From: an uncultured Arcobacter sp.
GTDB taxonomy: Bacteria > Campylobacterota > Campylobacteria > Campylobacterales > Arcobacteraceae
Assembly (NCBI GenBank): GCA_965140705.1
Contig: OZ223300.1
Location: forward strand, 864,001-928,000
Direction: 5' to 3'
DNA: 64,000 bases
Position numbers and translations under genes: made by a program. The notes beneath the pieces were generated by a model. The model saw only the letters and a list, made by a program, of their open reading frames with translations, was not told where the DNA came from and did not search any database. Shown piece by piece: positions 22,340 to 31,701 of this stretch. Positions within the stretch are counted from its first letter, which is position 1. Each line of letters starts with the position of its first letter.

Positions 22340-22498
22340 TTAATTCACAAAATAAGTAACTATACTCATAACAGCTATTACAAAAAAAATACCAATAAAA
22401 ATCTCTTTTAATTTAATAGTAGGGTTTAAAATCCCACAATAGGGACATTGTCTTAGTTTTGGTTCTATTTCACTTTTGCAGTTTCTACAAGGTTCTAT
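22340..22498 (-). CDS. Small zinc-ribbon membrane protein
   Basis: CRNC-x10-CPYCG plus C-terminal TM helix; best Shine-Dalgarno (AAGGA) points to an ATA codon at 22498. Confidence 0.65.
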   Translation of the reverse strand: MEPCRNCKSEIEPKLRQCPYCGILNPTIKLKEIFIGIFFVIAVMSIVTYFVN

Positions 22499-22604
22499 TT
22501 TTAATCCTTTAAAATTGAAAATATACAGCAATATTTTTTTAAAGTCAAATATTACATTATGACATTTTATATCAATTTGTAATAAAATATTGTATAATAC
22601 ATTT

Positions 22605-23870
22605 ATGATTATACACCTAGACATAGATTCTTTTTTTGTATCTGCCCATAGAACGTTAGATAGTACACTATTAGGTAAAGCAGTTGCTGTTGGGGGACGA
22701 AGTAATACATCAATCTTTGATAATAAATCAAATGATAAAAAAGTACTAAGTGAAAGTAATGGTGCTTTTGTTAGCTCTATCCTAACAAAAAATAGTAAAA
22801 CTTCTAAAGAGTACTATAAAGACCAAAATGGACGAATAAGAGGAATAATTACAACCTCTTCTTATGAAGCTAGAAAATTTGGTGTAAGAACTGCTATGAG
22901 TGTAAATGAAGCTTTGATGCTTTGTCCCCATTTGATAATGATTCCACCTGATTACTCTTTATATCATGATTTGTCGCAAAAATTAAATAAGTATTTATAC
23001 ACAAAAACACCCCATGTGGAGCAATCTAGTATTGATGAATTTTATATAGATTTAAGTGGATATATTGAAGATAGTGATATAGAAAACTTTGCAAAAGAGC
23101 TAAAAAAAGAAGTTTTTGAAAAGTTTAAATTACCAATATCTATAGGTATAGCAAATACAAAATATATAGCAAAACTTGCAACGAATGGTGCAAAACCAGA
23201 TGGTATAAAAATAGTACAACAAAATGAGGTTTATGATTTTATAAAAGATAAAGCAATCTCAGAGTTCCCAGGTATTGGGAAAGGTACTGAAAAAAAATTA
23301 TTGGCACATGGAATTAGAAGATTAGGACAAATAAGAGATAAAAAAGAGCTTTTTTATTCATGGAAAAAATCAGGAATACAACTTTATAATAGGGTATTAG
23401 GATTAGATAAAGAAAAGACACAAACAAAAACTTCTAAAAAATCAATAGGAATAGGGCGAACCTTTGATCCTATACTAGATAGACTTGAGATAAATAGAAG
23501 ACTTGTAATATTATGTAGGTATCTTAGTTTTTTAGTATTTAAAGAAAAAGTTACTCCCCAAACATTTTTTTTGCAAATAAGTTATGACTATAAAAGTAAA
23601 TCAAAGGATTATATAAATACAAATAGACTTTTTAATGAAACATATTTTAAAAACTCAATTTTAAAGCTTTTTAAAGATATAGACATTCATCCAACTCACC
23701 ATATTGTACAATTAAACTTATCTGTATCAAATTTTACAGAAAATAGAAATCATAGTTTTGATCTTTTTGAATATGAAAAGGATAAAAAGAATTTGGAGTT
23801 AGCAAACAAAATAAATAAGCTAAGAGATAAATATGGTATAGATATTATAAAAAATGCAACAGAACTTTAA
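22605..23870 (+). CDS. dinB: Y-family DNA polymerase IV
   Basis: IHLDIDSFFVS, SYEARKFGV, SIDEFY, AKLA..KPDG, PGIG; start reset to ATG 22605. Confidence 0.93.
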   Translation: MIIHLDIDSFFVSAHRTLDSTLLGKAVAVGGRSNTSIFDNKSNDKKVLSESNGAFVSSILTKNSKTSKEYYKDQNGRIRGIITTSSYEARKFGVRTAMSVNEALMLCPHLIMIPPDYSLYHDLSQKLNKYLYTKTPHVEQSSIDEFYIDLSGYIEDSDIENFAKELKKEVFEKFKLPISIGIANTKYIAKLATNGAKPDGIKIVQQNEVYDFIKDKAISEFPGIGKGTEKKLLAHGIRRLGQIRDKKELFYSWKKSGIQLYNRVLGLDKEKTQTKTSKKSIGIGRTFDPILDRLEINRRLVILCRYLSFLVFKEKVTPQTFFLQISYDYKSKSKDYINTNRLFNETYFKNSILKLFKDIDIHPTHHIVQLNLSVSNFTENRNHSFDLFEYEKDKKNLELANKINKLRDKYGIDIIKNATEL

Positions 23871-23935
23871 GAAAACTAATCGAAAAAAAAAGAATAAAAG
23901 TAGTATAATTTTTAAAAATTCAATAAAGAGAGAAA

Positions 23936-24337
23936 ATGAACAAAAATAAAGAGATTGTAAAATCTTATTATGAGAACCTATGGAATAAAAAAGATAAATC
24001 ATATATTGATAAACTATTTCATGATGATATACTTTTTAGAGGTACATTAGATGTGGAAACACATGGTAAAAAAGAGTTTGAAGAATACTTTGATATGATT
24101 TTACATGCTCTTCCAAATTTATATCATGGGGTTGAACTTATGATTGCTGAAAATAATTTAGTAAGTGCAAGAGCTATTTATAATGGAACTCATTTGGGAA
24201 AACTTTTTGATATAGAAGCAACTAACAAAAGAATAAGATATAACGGGGCTTCATTTTTTAGAATAGAAGATGATAAAATAAAAGAAATTTGGGTTTTAGG
24301 GGACTTAAATTCTTTATATAAACAATTAAGTAAATAA
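23936..24337 (+). CDS. SnoaL-like ester cyclase family protein
   Basis: NTF2-like pattern; GTHLGKLFDIEATNK, KIKEIW. Confidence 0.8.
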   Translation: MNKNKEIVKSYYENLWNKKDKSYIDKLFHDDILFRGTLDVETHGKKEFEEYFDMILHALPNLYHGVELMIAENNLVSARAIYNGTHLGKLFDIEATNKRIRYNGASFFRIEDDKIKEIWVLGDLNSLYKQLSK

Positions 24338-25113
24338 TGAAACATAACGAAATCAATAATTTTCATATTTCAGATATAGAAAATGAAGTTCATCCTTCTA
24401 TATTTATTAAAGATGAAGATTATGATTTATTTATTTTACGAATTCCTCAAATAATAGATGATAAATTAATTCCAGTTAGTAAAGCTTTTATAATTACAGA
24501 TAAATCGTATTTTTATTTTGATAAAGAAAATAAAGATTTTGTTGATTTAAAAAATATCGATGGATTTTATAAATATTTAAATAATGATATTGACTCAATT
24601 TTAAATATAGTAACTAGTTATATGAATGAAATAGAACAAATTGAAGATGATTTTTATGATAACAAAATTGATAAAAACTTTAATAAACAATGGTTTTCAT
24701 ATAAAAATGATTTTATAAAAATGAATAGGGTTTTATTTAAGTGTGCTGAAGTTATGAATATCTTAATAAGTAATTACAATAAAGATGATGATTATTTAAA
24801 AAGAAACTTTGAAGATTTGCAAGAGCACTTACATAGAGCACATAGAAATTCTGGTATGTTATTAGAAAAAATTGATGCTTTACATAATTCATATATCATT
24901 GAAAATAATGAGCAAATGAATAGAACAGTTTATATTCTTACTTTATTATCTGGAATATTTTTACCACTAAATTTAATCGTTGGTTTTTTTGGGATGAATA
25001 CAACTTCTTTGCCTTTTAGTAAAACAGATGATGGAACATTTTTAGTTATAAATGTTTTATTTATTTCTGTAATTATTTCTACAATTTTAATTTACTTTAT
25101 CAAAAAAAGATAG
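24337..25113 (+). CDS. CorA family divalent cation transporter
   Basis: LTLLSGIFLPLNLIVGFFGMN signature and two C-terminal TM helices. Confidence 0.88.
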   Translation: MKHNEINNFHISDIENEVHPSIFIKDEDYDLFILRIPQIIDDKLIPVSKAFIITDKSYFYFDKENKDFVDLKNIDGFYKYLNNDIDSILNIVTSYMNEIEQIEDDFYDNKIDKNFNKQWFSYKNDFIKMNRVLFKCAEVMNILISNYNKDDDYLKRNFEDLQEHLHRAHRNSGMLLEKIDALHNSYIIENNEQMNRTVYILTLLSGIFLPLNLIVGFFGMNTTSLPFSKTDDGTFLVINVLFISVIISTILIYFIKKR

Positions 25114-25137
25114 CTATTTTTTAGTTATCTTTTTTTT
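25102..25137. terminator. Putative bidirectional terminator between convergent genes
   Basis: AAAAAAAGATAGCTA-TTTTT-TAGTTATCTTTTTTT with one mismatch; spans both stop codons. Confidence 0.55.
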
Positions 25138-26167
25138 CAATATAAAGTTTTGATAGAATTAAAACCATCGTATCTATGGATTTTTTAGTAGTAGTTTCCC
25201 TCACTGTATGATACCCAATAGTTGGAATTTGAAGAGTTGTTCCTTGAATTTCACCATCAGTTGCATCAATTATTCTTCCTAGTTCCGTAACTCCCACTGA
25301 ACCTTTTGTTCCTGCGCTTAACATTTGGTTTTCTAAATAAGCATCTTTATAGTGGTAATTTATATTATTTTCAATAACTATTTTTTTGAGTTTTTCTTCT
25401 AAAGGAGATTTGAAAACAGCATTTTCATCTCTATTTCTTAATACAATATCTAAATTTGTAATATGATCTACACTACTGTATGGACTTGTATCTAAAACAA
25501 GAAGTTCATCTGTTGTTATATTAAATCTTCTAAAATACTCAAGTAAAAATCTCCAACTTTTTCCAGCCTCTTCACTTGCTGTAAAAAATGCAGTTCCTTG
25601 ATATCCAAGGTGGTATAAATAAATAATCATAGCAATAGAAATAACATTATCAAGTTGAGCAGAAACTAAACCGTTTTCATCTATATTTAAAGTATCCATA
25701 AAAGCTATGGCAGTTCCTGGTAAAAGGTGTTTAAGACCATCGATTTTAAAAATGATATTTTTTCTTCTATCACAAAGAAAGGCATCTTTTATAACTCCCA
25801 TTCCTAAATAACTTCCAGACCAAGGTTCATATGATTGAACTTTATGATCCATAAATCTCATTTCAAAGTTTTTTAAAAGTTTTTCAGAGTTTGAGTTTCC
25901 TCTTAAATCAGCTTGATTTTTTGCAATAAAAGCAGCATACTGGAACTCATTGTGTCCTGTACAAATTAGACCATGTCTATCTGCATGGGCAGAAATATAA
26001 CCGGTTTCAGGAGCATTTCCCTTAGCAACTAAAACTCCATCATAATATTCAACTGTTAAATCTAACTCTTCAAGCTCTCTTTTTACTCTCATAAAAAAAG
26101 GATGCTCTGCTCCAACAACACTTGGTGTTCTAATTAGTTGTTTTAAAATATCGTAAAATTTTTCCAT
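25121..26167 (-). CDS. M42/M28-like zinc peptidase
   Basis: TPSVVGAE, AHAD, QLDN, SEE, LDT, YHT metal-ligand pattern of clan MH. Confidence 0.75.
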   Translation of the reverse strand: MEKFYDILKQLIRTPSVVGAEHPFFMRVKRELEELDLTVEYYDGVLVAKGNAPETGYISAHADRHGLICTGHNEFQYAAFIAKNQADLRGNSNSEKLLKNFEMRFMDHKVQSYEPWSGSYLGMGVIKDAFLCDRRKNIIFKIDGLKHLLPGTAIAFMDTLNIDENGLVSAQLDNVISIAMIIYLYHLGYQGTAFFTASEEAGKSWRFLLEYFRRFNITTDELLVLDTSPYSSVDHITNLDIVLRNRDENAVFKSPLEEKLKKIVIENNINYHYKDAYLENQMLSAGTKGSVGVTELGRIIDATDGEIQGTTLQIPTIGYHTVRETTTKKSIDTMVLILSKLYIEKKDN

Positions 26168-26168
26168 G

Positions 26169-27215
26169 TTATTCTATTATCTCTTCATTATTTAATTCGT
26201 AAAATTCACTTTGTTTTATAGCATCTTCATTGAAATATTCCATTTTATTTTCAGCAATATTTAAATTTCCAAACTTTGCTATGTGAAAAATTGCATCACC
26301 TTCTTGAGCAAGAGGAATTTGAGATTTCCCTATGATAATTCCATCAAAGGGTGCTAATATTTCAAAGCTATTATCATCCAATGGTTCATCAATATAAGCA
26401 ATAACTTCATTCTCTTTTACAATATCGCCCAAGGCTTTTATTGTTCTTATCATTCCGCTTTCACTTGCTCTTATCCATTTACTTACTCTTGAAGTAATTG
26501 GAGTCTTACTTCCCTTTCGTATAACTTTGGGAAGCATAGCATTTTCTCTTAAAACATTGATAATACCTTTTACCCCAATCCTTATACATGTTTCATCAAA
26601 ACGTAAAGCTTCACCTGCTTCATAAAGAAGTATTGGTATACCACTCTCTTCCCCTTCAGCTCTTAGAGAACCATCTCTTAATTGTGAGTGTAAAATAACA
26701 GGTGCTCCAAAAGCACGTGCTAGTTTTAGAGTATATTCATTATCCATATTTGTTCTAATTTGTGGTAAATTTGACTTATGAATAGAAGCTGTGTGTAAGT
26801 CAATTCCTAAATCACATTTTGAAACTATCTCTTCAAAAAAGATTTTTGCAATTCTACTTGCAATAGAGCCTTTGCCACTTCCTGGAAAACTTCTATTTAA
26901 GTCTCTTCTATCTGGTAAGTATCTAGATAGTGTCATAACACCATATACATTTACAATGGGAGCAAAGATTATAGTGCCATGAAGTTTCTTTAGAATGTTT
27001 AATTTTCTAATTCTTCTAATAATCTCTATGCCATTTAATTCATCTCCATGTATTGCAGCACTAATAAAAACTATTGGTCCTGTTTTTCTACCTCGTATTA
27101 CTCTTATTGGCAAGTTTGTAGGTGTATTATAAAGTTTTGGTAACTCCAAATTTATCTTTACTTCTTTTCCTTTTGGTACAACAACACCACCAATTACCAA
27201 ATCATTGTTTTGCAT
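26169..27215 (-). CDS. Succinylglutamate desuccinylase/aspartoacylase family (M14) protein
   Basis: HGDELNG, RDLNRSFPG, DLHT, YEAG; C-terminal barrel-sandwich hybrid segment. Confidence 0.9.
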   Translation of the reverse strand: MQNNDLVIGGVVVPKGKEVKINLELPKLYNTPTNLPIRVIRGRKTGPIVFISAAIHGDELNGIEIIRRIRKLNILKKLHGTIIFAPIVNVYGVMTLSRYLPDRRDLNRSFPGSGKGSIASRIAKIFFEEIVSKCDLGIDLHTASIHKSNLPQIRTNMDNEYTLKLARAFGAPVILHSQLRDGSLRAEGEESGIPILLYEAGEALRFDETCIRIGVKGIINVLRENAMLPKVIRKGSKTPITSRVSKWIRASESGMIRTIKALGDIVKENEVIAYIDEPLDDNSFEILAPFDGIIIGKSQIPLAQEGDAIFHIAKFGNLNIAENKMEYFNEDAIKQSEFYELNNEEIIE

Positions 27216-27220
27216 TTAGT

Positions 27221-28153
27221 TTAAGCTCCAATGTTATCTTTTTTGATTTTTCTTTTTTTAGTGCTTTTCTCTGAAGCAGGAATTACGCTTTTTTCAATGT
27301 AATCCATAATTTTCCCTGCAATATCTATATTTGTAGATTTTTCAATACCTTCTAATCCTGGACTTGAGTTTACTTCCATTACAAGAGGTCCTCTAGATGA
27401 TGGAATCATATCAACTCCACAAACACCAAGTCCCATAGCTTTTGCTGCTGCTATAGCTGTTGATTTTTCTTTTCTTGTAAGTTTATGGGCTATAGCACTT
27501 CCACCTTGGTGAAGATTTGATCTAAAATCACCTTCAGCACCTTGTCTTTTCATCGCTCCAACAACTTCTCCATTTACAACTAATGCTCTAATATCAGATC
27601 CACCAGCTTCTTCAATAAACTCTTGAACAAGTAAGTTTACATCCATTCCATAAAAGGCATCAAGAACTGATTTTGCAGCTTTTTCACTATCAACTAAAAC
27701 TACACCAACACCTTGAGTTCCCTCAAGTATTTTAAGAACTAAAGGTGCTCCACCAGATAGTGCAATAACATCTTTTGCACTTGATTTATTTGAAGCAAAT
27801 ACAGTTTTAGGCATATCAACATCATTTTTTGAAAGAACTTGTAAACTTCTTAGTTTGTCTCTACTTCTTGTGATTGCTAAATTTCCAGAGGTACTAAATA
27901 CATCCATCATCTCAAAGTGTCTTACCATGGCTGCACCATAAAAAGTTCTACTTGCTCCAATTCTTGGAATTATTGCATCAGGAGTTGGTAATACTTTTCC
28001 TAAATAATTTATGATAAGTTCACCTTTCATTATCTCAATGGTACATTTTAAATAATCAATTACTTTAACTTCCCACTTTTTTGCTTCTGCTGCTTCTACT
28101 AATCTTCTTGTTGAATACAACTCTTTATTTCTTGATAGTATATAAACTCTCAT
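27221..28153 (-). CDS. rimK: RimK family ATP-grasp alpha-L-glutamate ligase
   Basis: [55 protein letters not shown]; start reset to ATG 28153. Confidence 0.93.
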   Translation of the reverse strand: MRVYILSRNKELYSTRRLVEAAEAKKWEVKVIDYLKCTIEIMKGELIINYLGKVLPTPDAIIPRIGASRTFYGAAMVRHFEMMDVFSTSGNLAITRSRDKLRSLQVLSKNDVDMPKTVFASNKSSAKDVIALSGGAPLVLKILEGTQGVGVVLVDSEKAAKSVLDAFYGMDVNLLVQEFIEEAGGSDIRALVVNGEVVGAMKRQGAEGDFRSNLHQGGSAIAHKLTRKEKSTAIAAAKAMGLGVCGVDMIPSSRGPLVMEVNSSPGLEGIEKSTNIDIAGKIMDYIEKSVIPASEKSTKKRKIKKDNIGA

Positions 28154-28580
28154 TATTATTTTCCTCTTTTTTATTACATAAATACTCTTGCGAAACATCA
28201 ACTAAAAACTTATCTTTTAAAAATCTTCTTCCAATTAACATTGGAAATTTCATATCGGCTCTATTTGTTAGGGAAATAATACTTTTATATTTTTTACCAA
28301 AAAATTTTACACTTACTTTTATAGAGGGTCTTATTTGAACTGTTCCATTTGAACTTTTTACGCGTTTAATTTTATATATAGGTAAAGTCATTCTTTTACC
28401 ATGATATGAAGCATGTACTTCGTCAAGTAAAGTAAAACTTACTTTATCTCCTTCAATTTCAATGTCATCACAATGTAAGGCATTAGAATCGGCACCAGTA
28501 TCTACTTTGGCATCTAAATCAAACAATTCCAAGTCAAGTATTGAGATACTCTCTTTTCTTCCAACTATTTTTTTTTCGAT
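28125..28580 (-). CDS. RimK-associated retropepsin-like protease (RimB-like)
   Basis: AKVDTGA, VKSSNG, R..M.FPMLIGR; reading frame extends upstream to an ATC codon at 28580 ([10 protein letters not shown]). Confidence 0.85.
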   Translation of the reverse strand: MEKKIVGRKESISILDLELFDLDAKVDTGADSNALHCDDIEIEGDKVSFTLLDEVHASYHGKRMTLPIYKIKRVKSSNGTVQIRPSIKVSVKFFGKKYKSIISLTNRADMKFPMLIGRRFLKDKFLVDVSQEYLCNKKEENNNESLYTIKK

Positions 28581-28712
28581 GAAATGTCCTTTATAGTTTT
28601 AAAAATTATATCATACTTTGGCATTAAATTATTAGGTGAATTTATTTGAAGAATTTTTGATTTAGAATTTTATTGTGAAATATTGAAAATGAAATAATAG
28701 AAACTTTTAAAT

Positions 28713-29324
28713 TTAAAGTTCTATTACTTCATTACTAAGTTCATTGATATCATTTTCTTTTATTGGAAAGTTTTTTATTAAGATTTCACTACAACTTTTT
28801 ATTGCAGTTTCATATCCTTTAACAAATTCTTTCTTTTTGACATCTTTTATAAATTGATTTACTATATCTTGCCAATAACTATCAGCTATTTTTTCTTTTA
28901 CATTTTTATCTGTAATAATTTCTACATATTTTTCTTCAATTGATACAAAAAACATAATTGCTAATTTTGTTTGCGTGTCATAAAGACCTTGTTTTATAAA
29001 CTCTTCTTTTGCTTTTTTTGAAGCTTTTTTATATTTATATTTTTTAGGTAAAAGAGATAAAAAATACTTTTTAAAATTGTGAAACAAAAATATAAAAAAT
29101 GCAAAAGTTGATAATTGTATTTCAAAAAACATTATTGTATTTGCATTAAAATATAAACTAATAAGTGAAATTAAAAATGTAAAAACTAAAGAAAATATTA
29201 AAATCAATAGATTATAAGAAGATGAAAAGTCTGTAATAACAGCAACAAGTTCCGCTGAACTTTTCTTTTCAAGTTTTTTAATCTCTTTTTCTATAGATTC
29301 TTTTTCATCATTGTTTAAATACAT
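28713..29324 (-). CDS. TPM domain membrane protein
   Basis: I...EKKSSAELV, two TM helices, FVSIEEKYVEIITD, NELSN; TAATG overlap with the upstream gene. Confidence 0.82.
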   Translation of the reverse strand: MYLNNDEKESIEKEIKKLEKKSSAELVAVITDFSSSYNLLILIFSLVFTFLISLISLYFNANTIMFFEIQLSTFAFFIFLFHNFKKYFLSLLPKKYKYKKASKKAKEEFIKQGLYDTQTKLAIMFFVSIEEKYVEIITDKNVKEKIADSYWQDIVNQFIKDVKKKEFVKGYETAIKSCSEILIKNFPIKENDINELSNEVIEL

Positions 29325-30286
29325 TACCATCCTCCACTAGCGCCACCGCCACCAAAACTTCCACCACCGCCACCAAAACTTCCACCACCGCCACCAAAAC
29401 TTCCACCACCGCCACCAAAACTTCCACCGCCTCCACCGAAGCTGCCACCAAAACTACTAGAACCTGAACTAAAGCCACCACCAAAACCAGTACCAAACCC
29501 AATGCCATTATATCTAGAACTATGGCTTGAATTACTTGTTGAATTGACTATTTTACTATTTGCTCTAAAGATTGTTAATGTAAAAAAGATAAAAGCAATA
29601 AGTGAAATGATAAAGCTACCTGTGCCAATTGTCATAAAAAGTCCAGCAAACCCACCAAATGTCATTGATTGAAAAACTCTTGATGTCTTTTTTAAGTTCA
29701 TTTTAGCAAATATCGTACCAATAAATGGAGCTATAAATATTACCAAAAAGTATAAAATAAATAGTGGGAATATATTTCCACTATTACTAGTATGTTCTTC
29801 TTGTTTGTATTCACCTTTTATTGAGCTAATAATTGCATTAGTTCCTTCTAAAATCCCTTTATAATAATCACCTTTTTTAAAATATGGTTTGATTTTATAT
29901 TCGATTATTTCGTGGGATCTAGCATCTGTTAAACTTCCTTCTAATCCATATCCAACTTCGATTCTGATTTTCTTTTCTTTCATTGAAACAATTAATAAAA
30001 CACCATTATCTTTATCTTTTTGTCCGATTTTCCAATATCTTCCTATTTGATAACCATAATCTTCTATTTCATTACCATCAAGAGATTTTAATGTCAAAAT
30101 TACTATTTGATTTGAAGTCTCTTTTTCTTGGGCATTTAATATATTTGTTAAAGTCTCTTTTTGATTTGAAGTTAAGATTCCTGCATTGTCAACTACTCTT
30201 CCTGTTAGCTTAGGAAAAGAAATATCTGCTACAAGTAGATTTTGTAAAAGTAAGATATTAAAAAGTATAAAAACTATTTTTTTCAT
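29324..30286 (-). CDS. TPM domain protein (YgcG-like) with Gly-rich tail
   Basis: GRVVDNAGIL, WKIGQKDKDNGVLL, IRIEVGYGLEG, C-terminal GGGGASGGW. Confidence 0.92.
   Translation of the reverse strand: MKKIVFILFNILLLQNLLVADISFPKLTGRVVDNAGILTSNQKETLTNILNAQEKETSNQIVILTLKSLDGNEIEDYGYQIGRYWKIGQKDKDNGVLLIVSMKEKKIRIEVGYGLEGSLTDARSHEIIEYKIKPYFKKGDYYKGILEGTNAIISSIKGEYKQEEHTSNSGNIFPLFILYFLVIFIAPFIGTIFAKMNLKKTSRVFQSMTFGGFAGLFMTIGTGSFIISLIAFIFFTLTIFRANSKIVNSTSNSSHSSRYNGIGFGTGFGGGFSSGSSSFGGSFGGGGGSFGGGGGSFGGGGGSFGGGGGSFGGGGASGGW
29343..29423. repeat. 21-bp tandem repeat CCACCACCGCCACCAAAACTT, about 3.9 identical copies
   Basis: Read directly; encodes repeated SFGGGGG on the minus strand. Confidence 0.9.
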
Positions 30287-30287
30287 T

Positions 30288-30878
30288 TTAGAAGTTTACT
30301 TTTGGTGTTTCTTGTTCAACTGGTGTAGCTGTAAAATTCTCTTTTACTTTAGCTTCAGGATAAAGAATTGCTGCAATAATTTTTCCAGGGAATGTTCTTA
30401 ATTCCATATTATATTTTTGCACACTTTTTATGTAATCTCTTCTTGCAACTGATATTCTATTTTCAGTCCCTTCAAGTTGAGATTGTAATGCTAAAAAGTT
30501 CTTATCGGCTTTTAAATTTGGATATTTTTCAACAACAACCATAAGTCTAGAAAGTGCAGAACTTAAAGCCCCTTGCGCTTGTTGGAATTGTTGTACTAAT
30601 TTAGGATTTGATAACATCTCTGGAGACAAAGATATTTTTCCAACGTTTGCTCTTGCTTGAGTAACTGCAGTTAGTGTAGATTTTTCATGATCTGCATAAC
30701 CTTTTACTGTTGATACTAAGTTAGGAATTAAATCTGCTCTTCTTTTATATTGATTTTGAAGTTGTGAAAAAGATGCTTTTACATTTTCATCTAAGGTTGG
30801 TACATTATTAATATTTGCAAATAAAATTCCAACAAATGCCAAAATAATAACACCTATAACTATTAAAAACGCTTTCAT
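30288..30878 (-). CDS. lemA: LemA family protein
   Basis: YKRRADLIPNLV, EKYPNLKA, LEGTENRISVARRDY, RTFP. Confidence 0.95.
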   Translation of the reverse strand: MKAFLIVIGVIILAFVGILFANINNVPTLDENVKASFSQLQNQYKRRADLIPNLVSTVKGYADHEKSTLTAVTQARANVGKISLSPEMLSNPKLVQQFQQAQGALSSALSRLMVVVEKYPNLKADKNFLALQSQLEGTENRISVARRDYIKSVQKYNMELRTFPGKIIAAILYPEAKVKENFTATPVEQETPKVNF

Positions 30879-31007
30879 ATTAAACCTTTATTTTAAAGTA
30901 ATAGTATGGTATTAAAATTTTAATTAACAAGCAATGAAAAGAGTTTATTAAGTTGTAAAAAGAAGTTATAGGATAAGGATAATTTTAAATTATTGTATAT
31001 AAAGTTT

Positions 31008-31091
31008 TGGTGCAGATGATGAGATTTGAACTCACACGACTCTCGCCACGAGCCCCTCAAGCCCGCGTGTCTACCATTCCACCACATCTGC
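31008..31091 (-). tRNA. tRNA-Leu(GAG)
   Basis: Acceptor GCAGATG/CATCTGC-A-CCA, D-loop GGAATGGTAGAC, anticodon loop TT-GAG-GG, long variable arm, T-loop TTCAAAT. Confidence 0.96.
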
Positions 31092-31193
31092 ATTTAAAAT
31101 AGCTAAATCTTTTATGTATGATTATTTATTTTAAGTGCGGAATTATAGCAATAAAACCTTATAGATTTAATTAAAAAGAAATTTTTATAAAAC

Positions 31194-31245
31194 TACTTGT
31201 TAAGACAATATTTGTCTTGACAAGTAATTCTAAAAAATGTATAGT
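31194..31245 (+). promoter_or_regulatory. Sigma70 promoter TTGACA-N17-TATAGT overlapped by a 33-bp inverted repeat (probable MarR operator)
   Basis: TACTTGTTAAGACAA-TAT-TTGTCTTGACAAGTA at 31194-31226; -35 at 31217-31222, -10 at 31240-31245. Confidence 0.75.
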
Positions 31246-31263
31246 AATGCATAAGGAGTGTAT

Positions 31264-31701
31264 ATGAATTTTGATATGAATAATTCCTTGGGTTTTATTT
31301 TAAATAGAACTGCTTTAGCTATGAAGATAGGTTTTAATAAACAAATAAAAGAGTTTGATATTTCTCCTGAACAATGGTCTTTGATTTTTAGGATTGTTGA
31401 AAATAATGGATTGACCCAAAAAGAGTTGGCAAGTAGTACATATAAAGACCAAGCTAATATTACAAGAAGCCTTGATAGGCTTGAAAAAAAAGGTTTTTTG
31501 ACTCGATTACCAAATAGTAAAGATAGAAGGATTATAAATATTTTTTCAACACCAAAAGCAAAAGAGTTAGTTGAAAAAATAGTTCCCATATCTAAAGAAT
31601 ATAATCAACTGCTTTCAATAGGTTTGAGCCAAGAGGAATATGAAAGTTTAATTGGTTTATTAAACAAAGTTTATACAAATATTGAAGAAGAAGGAGACTA
31701 G
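31264..31701 (+). CDS. MarR family transcriptional regulator
   Basis: ISPEQW, LTQKELA, ITRSLDRLEKKG, DRR; AAGGAG before ATG 31264. Confidence 0.92.
   Translation: MNFDMNNSLGFILNRTALAMKIGFNKQIKEFDISPEQWSLIFRIVENNGLTQKELASSTYKDQANITRSLDRLEKKGFLTRLPNSKDRRIINIFSTPKAKELVEKIVPISKEYNQLLSIGLSQEEYESLIGLLNKVYTNIEEEGD

Noticed and set aside
29343..29423. Repeat as a possible CRISPR array
   Set aside because: Units are contiguous with no spacers and lie in frame within a gene
29308..29508. 66-aa ORF with VEVLVAV repeats
   Set aside because: Alternative-frame read of the 21-bp Gly repeat
30879..31091. tRNA-Leu 3' end as an integration site
   Set aside because: No integrase and no duplicated tRNA 3' end noticed in the window
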